Shown in pieces: positions 25,046 through 33,178 of a stretch of DNA of 56,176 nucleotides. The DNA lies in NCBI GenBank assembly GCA_027347985.1, contig DAIEQH010000001.1, positions 1 through 56,176 of the forward strand. The letters run 5' to 3'. The position numbers and the translations under genes are program-made. Source of the DNA: Candidatus Nomurabacteria bacterium (GTDB lineage: Bacteria; Patescibacteriota; Minisyncoccia; Phycocordibacterales; UBA9973). The notes below the pieces were generated by a model. It had not been told where the DNA came from, did no database searches, and saw nothing but the letters and a program-made list of their open reading frames with translations. Positions within the stretch are counted from its first letter, which is position 1. The number at the start of each line of letters is the position of its first letter.

Positions 25046-27130
25046 TTATTCCAAAATTTTTCTTAAAACATCTTCTGGAACTTCTTTAGAATTTATTTTA
25101 GGAGGTGTAGGTATAGCAATTTCCTCTTTCTTTTCTTCCACTTTTGGAACTTCTTCTGTTTTTATATTAGTAGATTGAATAAAATTCTTTAACTTATCCA
25201 TGTCTTCCTTACTTGCAGATCTATCTTTTAAGGTATTATTGGAAACCGGTTTATTATTCTTTAATTCATCTAGTGAAATGGAAGGTTCTGGTATTTTTTC
25301 AACTTTTTTTATTTCTGGTTCTATTTTTTTCTCTTCTTTTTTATTGTCTAAAATTTTATTTTCATTGAGTGTCTTATTTAAAATTTCTCTCAATGCTAGA
25401 TTTTCTTTTGGTTTTTCTTTAACAAAAACTTTCTTAATTGCTGAAAACATTTTTGGACGTGCTGAAGCTGTCGTAGATATGGTAGAAGTTTCTTTAGTTG
25501 GAATTTTTTTCTGATATTCTTGTGTTAAAGGTTTATCTACTCTTTCTGGATATCTTTCATCTTCCCCGTTTTTATCTTTTGATAAGAATTCAATACCCAA
25601 ATCAGACAATGGTTTATAAAATTTACTTTCATCTTGTTTAATCTGTTTAATAGAACCGGCAAGTGGCTTTAATTCCCCAGATTTTATTTTAGCAATACAA
25701 TCTTTACAATATACTGCCCTGCCTGCTTCTGGTTTGAAAGGCACCATTGTTTCTTTCTTACAGATAGAACATACAGCTGGAAACTTCTCTACTCCGCCTA
25801 TCGCATTGTCGTCACCGACAGACATACCACTCCAATCATTTATTTCTCTTTCTACCACTTCTCTTGGACGACAATAGAGCTCGCGGGAAGTTTTAATAAC
25901 TTCGTCTTCAACTTCTTTATTTCCAGATTTAACCATAGGTGGTAAGGTTTTTGCAGAAAATGGGCGTGAGGTTATGCCATCTATCATCAGCTTTAAATAA
26001 ATTTTGAAGTTTGGTAAATTCACAATATCTTGAGGCACAAATTCTGGTTCAAATTCTTTTTCTAAAAATTCTGCATCATCTGCACCCACTCGGAAAACTA
26101 TCATCGTACCAACGTTACCGAAAATGGAATCTCTGACGCTAGAATTTTTCTCCGATATGAGCTGAGCGGTATATTGATGAGCCACCGTCAGATTCAATCT
26201 ATATTTTCTAGCCTCAGACAAAATACTAGCGAAAGCATCCGTCACGAAATTTTGGAATTCGTCTACGTAAAGATAGAAATCTTTTCTTTCATCTTCTGGG
26301 ATACGTACACGTTCCATGGCAGCAAGCTGAATCTTAGTGATGATCATTCCTCCTAGAAGCGAAGAGTTATCCTCACCGATGCGTCCTTTAGAAACATTCA
26401 CCAAAAAAATTTTTCCTTCATTCATTATGTCAAAAATATTTATTGTGCTTTTTGATTGACCGACAATATTTCTGATGATGGATGTGGAAAGAAATTGCCC
26501 GACTTTATTTTGGATAGGAGCAATAGCTTCATTTCTAAATTTATCCTGCCAAGCTTCATACTCGTGAACCCAGAAAGCTTTTATAACAGGGTCTTTTAAA
26601 TTTGAAATTATTTTCTGACGGTAATCTTTGTCCACCAACATTCGGGGTATGCCTAAAAGCGTCGAACCCGGAGTATCAAGCAATGCCAAAATCGCATTAT
26701 TTAAAATATATTCCATACGAGCACTCCAAGCATTCGCCCAAATTTTTGTGAAGATGCCCATCAATCCTGAAGCGACTAGATGCTTGTATTTCGGGTCAAT
26801 AAGTTCCAAGACGTTAAAACCGATATGGTGTTCCGTGTCGGCTGGATTGAAATAAATAACATCTTTCATGCGATGTGGCGGAATAGCCGATAAAATAGCT
26901 TCAACATTTTCTCCATGCGGGTCAACCATACAAACACCGTCACCATTTTCAATGTTCTGGATAATCATGTTGAACATTAGGGCAGATTTACCGGTACCAG
27001 ACTTTCCGAGAATATAAACATGCTGGCGTCTATCTTTACGTTTAATGCCAAAAAGCACATTTTTGTCTCTATAAGTAGTGTAACCAATATAGGTGAGTTC
27101 TTTATTTTTAGGTATTTCCTTTAATTCCAT
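25046..27130 (-). CDS. TraD/VirD4-like coupling-protein-type NTPase with a C-terminal CxxC-x17-CxxC zinc ribbon and a Lys/Glu-rich tail (ATPase 3)
   Basis: 694 aa. GKSGTGKS, VDPHGE, FYLYVDEFQN and EARKYRLNLTVAHQY. The ribbon CSIC-KKETMVPFKPEAGRAVY-CKDC is at nt 25697-25771. Its stop is 16 nt from the start of paralog 3. Confidence 0.75.
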   Translation of the reverse strand: MELKEIPKNKELTYIGYTTYRDKNVLFGIKRKDRRQHVYILGKSGTGKSALMFNMIIQNIENGDGVCMVDPHGENVEAILSAIPPHRMKDVIYFNPADTEHHIGFNVLELIDPKYKHLVASGLMGIFTKIWANAWSARMEYILNNAILALLDTPGSTLLGIPRMLVDKDYRQKIISNLKDPVIKAFWVHEYEAWQDKFRNEAIAPIQNKVGQFLSTSIIRNIVGQSKSTINIFDIMNEGKIFLVNVSKGRIGEDNSSLLGGMIITKIQLAAMERVRIPEDERKDFYLYVDEFQNFVTDAFASILSEARKYRLNLTVAHQYTAQLISEKNSSVRDSIFGNVGTMIVFRVGADDAEFLEKEFEPEFVPQDIVNLPNFKIYLKLMIDGITSRPFSAKTLPPMVKSGNKEVEDEVIKTSRELYCRPREVVEREINDWSGMSVGDDNAIGGVEKFPAVCSICKKETMVPFKPEAGRAVYCKDCIAKIKSGELKPLAGSIKQIKQDESKFYKPLSDLGIEFLSKDKNGEDERYPERVDKPLTQEYQKKIPTKETSTISTTASARPKMFSAIKKVFVKEKPKENLALREILNKTLNENKILDNKKEEKKIEPEIKKVEKIPEPSISLDELKNNKPVSNNTLKDRSASKEDMDKLKNFIQSTNIKTEEVPKVEEKKEEIAIPTPPKINSKEVPEDVLRKILE

Positions 27131-27179
27131 TCTGTAGTGAATTATACCCCAAAATTAAATTTTTATCAAAACAAAAAAA

Positions 27180-27836
27180 CTAATTTATTGGGCTAGAAAA
27201 ACACTCAATAGAAAAATACCTTTTATTTTTCAAACACTGAAGTATAACTCCATTATTTTTATTTTCCTTGATTAGTGAATCTAGGTCGTCTTTTCTATAA
27301 TAATCTTTTTGAAGATCATTTGAGTACTTAAGGATTTCTTGTTTGATCTCTATTTCTTTATCTTGTATATCTTCATTTTTTGCATAAGAAAATAGAAAAA
27401 TTCCAGATATTATAAATAAAACTTCTAATAAAATAAAAAATGTTCTCGAGAGTCCTAATTTTTTATTAATTATAAAATCAAATATTGAAACTAAAAAACT
27501 CATAGAACTAAGTAAAATTAAAGTCAGCCCAGTAATAGCATGCCAATCTCTATATGACCTAAAAACTTGAAAATCGATGGAAACAAAAGTAAATAAAGCA
27601 ACAAATATTCCTAATGTTTCAATCACTGATAATTTACTACTTTCTATCTTTTTATCATATTCTAATATTTTTTCATCTATTTTGTCTATTCTACGATTAA
27701 AACCTTCTTCAAAGGACGCTATGTATTTTGTATATCCTTCAATGGTTAAATATTGATGCTGAACAGAAGTATCTTTGGGTACTTCAATTATCTTTGTTTC
27801 TGTCTCCTGAAAATTTTCTTTATTTTCTGATTCCAT
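27180..27836 (-). CDS. Three-TM membrane protein with soluble N- and C-terminal coiled regions (unknown)
   Basis: 218 aa. Hydrophobic segments are LSVIETLGIFVALFTFVSIDF, ITGLTLILLSSMSFLVSIFDFII and FFILLEVLFIISGIFLFSY. Confidence 0.5.
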   Translation of the reverse strand: MESENKENFQETETKIIEVPKDTSVQHQYLTIEGYTKYIASFEEGFNRRIDKIDEKILEYDKKIESSKLSVIETLGIFVALFTFVSIDFQVFRSYRDWHAITGLTLILLSSMSFLVSIFDFIINKKLGLSRTFFILLEVLFIISGIFLFSYAKNEDIQDKEIEIKQEILKYSNDLQKDYYRKDDLDSLIKENKNNGVILQCLKNKRYFSIECFSSPIN

Positions 27837-27841
27837 ATATT

Positions 27842-28474
27842 TTACAAAAGAATTTGTTCTGACTTAGAAATAGCATCTCTAATAAAATTAGTTAAAACCT
27901 TATCTTTAAAAGAATTTTTTGATAAATCTTCTAAAAGAGTATTAATATCTCTCATTATAATAACTCCTTTTTTTTGACTTCCATTTTTTTCATCTTTTAT
28001 AAACCCACTTTCATACATCTGAGAATTATTAACGTTAACTCCAGATAAGTTAATAACCTCATTAAAACGAATTACTATTTGTGTTGGATTGATAGTTGAA
28101 ATCACTTTTTTATCAAAAAGATTTTTTAATTCTTCAATGGTAATTTCTTTAAACGTAGTAGTAACAACACCTATTCTCCCAATTTCAACAGAGAGGCCTG
28201 ACAAAACATTAAGTATATTAGGGAAAAATTTTTCAAAGAAACTTGAATCAGTAGAGAAAAAATCAATTCTATTTATTGCAAGATTTATATCTACACTACT
28301 TGATTTAATAATTAACCTTGGAATTTCAGGCGGCATATTAGCAGGAATTCCTAATTGAGTTACTACACCATCTCCAAATTCTTTTTTTATTAAAAGTGAA
28401 GCTTTTTCAAGTTGATCAGAATAATTTGATTTAAAGAAGAGACTTATTTGCAATTTAATAAATTGTTTTGCCAT
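27842..28474 (-). CDS. Hypothetical protein (210 aa, soluble, no family recognised)
   Basis: ORF only. It is tightly packed, with a 1-nt gap to the upstream gene and a 5-nt gap to the downstream gene. Confidence 0.45.
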   Translation of the reverse strand: MAKQFIKLQISLFFKSNYSDQLEKASLLIKKEFGDGVVTQLGIPANMPPEIPRLIIKSSSVDINLAINRIDFFSTDSSFFEKFFPNILNVLSGLSVEIGRIGVVTTTFKEITIEELKNLFDKKVISTINPTQIVIRFNEVINLSGVNVNNSQMYESGFIKDEKNGSQKKGVIIMRDINTLLEDLSKNSFKDKVLTNFIRDAISKSEQILL

Positions 28475-28475
28475 G

Positions 28476-28757
28476 TTATTTATTATCTCCTGGTTCTTTT
28501 AAATCGGCCATTTGAATGGGACTTTGTATTTGTGGTGGAGTCATATCAATTTCTCCAAATTGTTTCTCGTAGTTTTGAACTTGTCCATTAATCCACATTG
28601 CTATACTTTTCATAACTTGTGGCGTAGTCGCAAAAGAATCAAGACTATTTCCAGAGGTTATGGCAAAAGTAAAAAATTCTTTTCCGTGAGCCCCAAAGGC
28701 ACCATCACAAAACTTTTTTGGTAATTGATTTATGTCTATTTTTGTTGGGTCAATCAT
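28476..28757 (-). CDS. DUF3467-like small protein
   Basis: The C-terminal part TTPQVMKSIAMWINGQVQNYEKQFGEI resembles the DUF3467 signature as I recall it (..P.hAK.l...L...i..YE..FG.I). The start was set at MIDPTK (28757) rather than the track start at 28796. Confidence 0.5.
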   Translation of the reverse strand: MIDPTKIDINQLPKKFCDGAFGAHGKEFFTFAITSGNSLDSFATTPQVMKSIAMWINGQVQNYEKQFGEIDMTPPQIQSPIQMADLKEPGDNK

Positions 28758-28804
28758 ATTTTTATTTTTTCTTATTACTAATAATAAAACTAACAATAAT
28801 TATA

Positions 28805-30712
28805 CTACACTTTAGGAGCTTCCCCTTCTCCTTTTTCGTTTTCCTTGTATTCTGCATCATGAACTTCGGGATTTTGTTCTTCCGGGGCTTGAGCTGGAGG
28901 AGTTTCAGCGCCAGCTTTATTCATTGCTTCACCGATTTTGGACATCTCATTTGAAAGTTCTTCTGTTGCTTTTTTAATAGCTTCAGAATCTGTTCCATCT
29001 TTTACACTTCTTAAAGCAGTTATTTTTGCATTTACATTATCTTTTACATCTGCAGGGATTTTTGCTTCATTATCTTTCAACGCCTTTTCGGCAGTGTAAA
29101 TAATCATCTCTGCAGTATTTTTTATGTCAACAATTTCTCTTTTCTTTTTATCTTCTTCAGCGTGAAGCTCTGCATCTTGTTGCATTTTTTTAATGTCTTC
29201 TTCCTTAAGTCCAGAACTTGCTTCAATTTTAATTGATTGAGCCTTACCTGAAGCTTTATCTTTTGCAGTCACATTCAATATTCCGTTTACATCAATATCA
29301 AATGTCACTTCTACTTGTGGCATACCACGTGGTGCTGGTGGAATTCCATCTAGAATAAAGCGCCCTAGAGATTTATTGTCAGTAGCCATTGGGCGTTCTC
29401 CTTGAACGATATGAATTTCTACAGAAGTCTGATTATCAGCAGCGGTTGAAAATACTTGAGATTTTGAAGCTGGAATAGTTGTGTTTCTATCAATTAATTT
29501 TGTAGCAACTCCCCCTAATGTTTCAATACCAAGAGAAAGTGGAATAACGTCAAGCAATAGTACATCTCGTACATCTCCTGCAAGCACACCTGCTTGTACG
29601 GCTGCACCGAGAGCTACGACTTCATCCGGATTTATAGACATATTAGGAGTTTTACCAAAAAGATTTTTTACAGCTTCTACTATTGCTGGCATTCTTGTTT
29701 GTCCTCCAACCATTATAATTTCATTTATTTCAGCCATCTTAAATGGTGAAGCATCAAGAGCTCTTTTCGTTATTTCAATTGATCTATCTATATATTCTTT
29801 CGCAATAGACTCAAGAGTGGCTCGAGACATTTTCATAAGCAAATGTTTTGGACCACTGGCGTCAGATGTAATAAATGGAATATTTATTTCTGCTTCTAGT
29901 GTTGTAGAAAGTTCATGCTTAGCTTTTTCAGCTGCTTCTTTTAATCTTTGATGTGCTAATGGGTCCTTCCTCACATCTACACCTGATTCTTTTTTATATT
30001 CTTCAGCAATCCAAGAAATTATTTTTCTATCAATATCTCCTCCACCCATGTGAGAGTCACCATCTGTGGACTTAACTTCTATCACATCATCTCCAATTTC
30101 AAGTACAGAAACATCAAAAGTTCCTCCACCGAAATCATAAACAACTATCTTTTCATTTTTCTTTTTATTAAAACCATATGCAAGGGCCGCAGCTGTCGGT
30201 TCATTTATGATTCTTTTTACATCAAGCCCTGCTATCTGTCCTGCATCCTTTGTTGCCTTTCTTTGAGCATCATTAAAATATGCAGGCACGGTGATGACAG
30301 CTTCGGTAATTTTTTCTCCAAGCTTTGCCTCCACATCCGTTTTTATTTTCTGTAAAATCATTGCAGAAATTTCTTCTGGACGATAAAATTTATCTGACAT
30401 TTTTACTTTTACTCCGCCATTGTCTCCTTGTTCAATTTTAAATGGAGCTGTTGCTTTATCTTTCTGTACTTCTGGATCATCAAATCTGTGACCCATATAT
30501 CTTTTTATTTCAGAAATTGTATTCTCAGGATTTGTGACAGCTTGTCTCTTTGCAAGAAGTCCGACGATACGGTCACCATTCTTTGCTGTCGCAACGACAG
30601 AAGGAGTGGTGCGATTACCCTCCACATTTTCAATAATTTTTGGCACGCCTCCTTCAATGAAAGCAACTGCCGAATTTGTTGTACCTAAATCTATACCTAT
30701 TATTTTTGACAT
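28805..30712 (-). CDS. dnaK: Chaperone DnaK (Hsp70)
   Basis: [19 protein letters not shown], and full-length Hsp70 architecture. Confidence 0.97.
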   Translation of the reverse strand: MSKIIGIDLGTTNSAVAFIEGGVPKIIENVEGNRTTPSVVATAKNGDRIVGLLAKRQAVTNPENTISEIKRYMGHRFDDPEVQKDKATAPFKIEQGDNGGVKVKMSDKFYRPEEISAMILQKIKTDVEAKLGEKITEAVITVPAYFNDAQRKATKDAGQIAGLDVKRIINEPTAAALAYGFNKKKNEKIVVYDFGGGTFDVSVLEIGDDVIEVKSTDGDSHMGGGDIDRKIISWIAEEYKKESGVDVRKDPLAHQRLKEAAEKAKHELSTTLEAEINIPFITSDASGPKHLLMKMSRATLESIAKEYIDRSIEITKRALDASPFKMAEINEIIMVGGQTRMPAIVEAVKNLFGKTPNMSINPDEVVALGAAVQAGVLAGDVRDVLLLDVIPLSLGIETLGGVATKLIDRNTTIPASKSQVFSTAADNQTSVEIHIVQGERPMATDNKSLGRFILDGIPPAPRGMPQVEVTFDIDVNGILNVTAKDKASGKAQSIKIEASSGLKEEDIKKMQQDAELHAEEDKKKREIVDIKNTAEMIIYTAEKALKDNEAKIPADVKDNVNAKITALRSVKDGTDSEAIKKATEELSNEMSKIGEAMNKAGAETPPAQAPEEQNPEVHDAEYKENEKGEGEAPKV

Positions 30713-30811
30713 ATATTTTATAAGGTTATTTTATAATGTTTAATAATTTTACTAATATTTCGCGACCACTAAAAACTTGTATAAAAGTAGTATATATGAT
30801 AAGCTATATGA

Positions 30812-31363
30812 ATGTCAAGCAAAATAGAATATTCCAATAAAATACTCAAGATTTTGGCAGAAAAACCAGCTATTCCTGTAGATGAAATAAAGAAAAAAAT
30901 TACCACCCCAGACCCCCTCTTCCACAAGGAGGGGGCATATGCCTTAACTCGCTCAATAAAAAATTTGATTGAGTCTGGATGTATTGAAATGATTCAATCT
31001 GACAATAAGAGCTATTTGAAGTTAACCAAAAAAGGAAAAAATAAATTAAACTCCATCAAACTCGAGGGAGATCAAGCACTCGTGTCTAATACTTGGGACG
31101 GTTTGTGGAGAATAATTATTTTAGATATTCCAGAAAACAGAAAAAACGAACGAGAAAGTTTGCGTTATCTTTTAAAGAAAGCTGATTTCGTTTGTATCAA
31201 AAATACTGTTTGGATATCCCCTTTTCCTTACGAACATCTTTTTACAAATATTAAAAAAGATTTAGGTCTCGGTACCGAGCTCATGATTATCGTCACAGAC
31301 AAAATTGACGAAGAAACAAAAAAATATTTTTTAAATAATGTTTTTAAATCCTCCAGCTTGTAA
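30812..31363 (+). CDS. PaaX-family-like winged-helix regulator
   Basis: N-terminal wHTH-like region plus WDGLWRIIILDIPENRKNERESLRYLLKKADFVCIKNTVWISP (PaaX C-domain pattern). It is divergent from dnaK. The 3' end overlaps the convergent ABC gene by 33 nt. Confidence 0.6.
   Translation: MSSKIEYSNKILKILAEKPAIPVDEIKKKITTPDPLFHKEGAYALTRSIKNLIESGCIEMIQSDNKSYLKLTKKGKNKLNSIKLEGDQALVSNTWDGLWRIIILDIPENRKNERESLRYLLKKADFVCIKNTVWISPFPYEHLFTNIKKDLGLGTELMIIVTDKIDEETKKYFLNNVFKSSSL
30903..30935. repeat. GC-rich palindromic mini-element, in frame inside the PaaX-like ORF
   Basis: ccaccccagaccccctcttccacaaggaggggg, encoding TTPDPLFHKEG. Confidence 0.65.
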
Positions 31364-33112
31364 ATCCCAGAGTTTTTTGTAAACTCCATCTTTTTTATTT
31401 GCGAGCTCCTCATGGTTTCCATCTTCCATAATTTTCCCATTTTTTATAACGATGATTCTATCCATTTGCCTTATAGTAGAAAGTCTGTGTGCAATGACTA
31501 TTGTCGTCTTCCCTTTTATAAGTTTGACGAGAGCATCCTGAATCAATGCTTCAGAGTGAGAATCAAGAGAAGATGTCGCTTCATCTAAAATAAGTATTGG
31601 GGCATTTTTAAGAATCGCCCTAGCGATAGCCACACGCTGTCGTTCACCACCTGAAAGTTTTACTCCTCGCTCCCCTACATATGTCTCATATTTTTCTGGC
31701 AATTGGTCTATAAAGTCATCACAGTGAGCTAAGTGGGATGCTACTAATACTTCTTCGTCTGTAGCATCTCTTCTACCATAACGAATATTCTCCATTAAAG
31801 TACGATGAAAAAGTACAGGATCTTGTGGAACGAAAGCAATTTGTTCTCGAAGATTTTCTTGAGAAATTTTGCTGATATCTATTCCGTCAATCATGATTTT
31901 GCCATCAGTAAGATTAAATAACCTCATAAGCAAGCGTACAAAGGTCGTTTTGCCAGAACCAGAAGGACCAACGATAGCTATTTTCTGTCCTGCAGGTATA
32001 ATTAAAGAAAAATTATCTAATATTCTATTGTTATTGTTTTTATAAATATAAGTCACATTATTAAAAGCGACTTCCCCTTTTATATTTTTGGCAATTTCTG
32101 TCGGTTTATCAATAATTTCATATGGCATATCTAAAATAAGAGCCATCTCTTGAGCATCAGCAAAACTCTCATAAAATGCACGAGTAATTGAACCAAAACT
32201 CCAAAGATTTTCAATAAGACGAATTAAATAACTTTGCAACAATACAATAACAGGTAAAGAAATAAGTCCTAACTTCCAATCAGCGAGAGCAATCCAAAAA
32301 ACAATAAATTCAATGGAAAGAGAATAAAAAGATTCAATGGCATTTAAACCTTCCCATAGATACCAATTAAAGGTCGCTATCTTGTTTTGTTTTTCTGTTG
32401 TATATCTAACACGTTCATCTTCTTCCTTTTGACCAGTAAATAACTGAATTGAAGAATGATTACCTATAGAATCAGATAAAACTCCGGTGGTTTCACTATC
32501 ACTTTCCGCTGAAAGAATATCATATTTAAGTTTATATCTTATATAAATAAAAGCTGTTAATATAAATACAACACAAAATATTCCTAAAATATAAGAGTAT
32601 TTTGGAAGTAAAGTATAAATGGCAATAACTGTACCAACACCACGAACAAGAAGTGGTAAGCCATCAAAAATCATTCTATCAGCTAGTTTTTTAAAGGCTA
32701 TTGCATATTTATTTATTTTTCTCACTAATGATCCACCAAAATTATTTACAAAAAAAGAAAAGGAATGGCCTACCATATATGAAAATGCTTGTTGTCTAAG
32801 ACCTGTCATAACGCTCGATTCAAAATATGCGAGAGAAAATCCTGCAATTCTACGAATAGCCCAACGAAAAAGATTTAATACTAAAATAAAAATAATTATT
32901 GATTTTGCTACTCCCACAACTGTAAAATTGTTTGCGCTTAAAGCATTCCAAAGTTTCAAATATTGAAACGGAATATAAACATCAAGAATCGAAGCCACTA
33001 CCGTGGTAATAACAACAGTAAAAAACGACACTTTAAAATGTTTAATAACTTGCCAAAAATATTTAAGCACCAACATACGGTGCAAATTTGAATAATCTTT
33101 TTCTTTGTCCAT
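31331..33112 (-). CDS. ABC exporter, fused permease/ATPase (MsbA-type half transporter)
   Basis: Six-TM N-terminal domain, Walker A GPSGSGKTT, signature LSGGERQRVAIARA, and Walker B ILILDEATSSLD. Confidence 0.9.
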   Translation of the reverse strand: MDKEKDYSNLHRMLVLKYFWQVIKHFKVSFFTVVITTVVASILDVYIPFQYLKLWNALSANNFTVVGVAKSIIIFILVLNLFRWAIRRIAGFSLAYFESSVMTGLRQQAFSYMVGHSFSFFVNNFGGSLVRKINKYAIAFKKLADRMIFDGLPLLVRGVGTVIAIYTLLPKYSYILGIFCVVFILTAFIYIRYKLKYDILSAESDSETTGVLSDSIGNHSSIQLFTGQKEEDERVRYTTEKQNKIATFNWYLWEGLNAIESFYSLSIEFIVFWIALADWKLGLISLPVIVLLQSYLIRLIENLWSFGSITRAFYESFADAQEMALILDMPYEIIDKPTEIAKNIKGEVAFNNVTYIYKNNNNRILDNFSLIIPAGQKIAIVGPSGSGKTTFVRLLMRLFNLTDGKIMIDGIDISKISQENLREQIAFVPQDPVLFHRTLMENIRYGRRDATDEEVLVASHLAHCDDFIDQLPEKYETYVGERGVKLSGGERQRVAIARAILKNAPILILDEATSSLDSHSEALIQDALVKLIKGKTTIVIAHRLSTIRQMDRIIVIKNGKIMEDGNHEELANKKDGVYKKLWDLQAGGFKNII

Positions 33113-33178
33113 ATAAAACCAAAAAATAAGACATTTCTGCCTTGTTTTTACAATACCATATTTTTCTAAAATTACTAA

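Noticed and set aside
13534-27130. The three TraD/VirD4-like ATPases as evidence for an integrated conjugative element or type IV secretion system.
   Set aside because: No relaxase, VirB4/TraC, VirB6/8/9/10, pilin, integrase or element boundary was seen. The ATPases lack the TM anchor. They are interleaved with housekeeping genes (map, dnaJ, dnaK).
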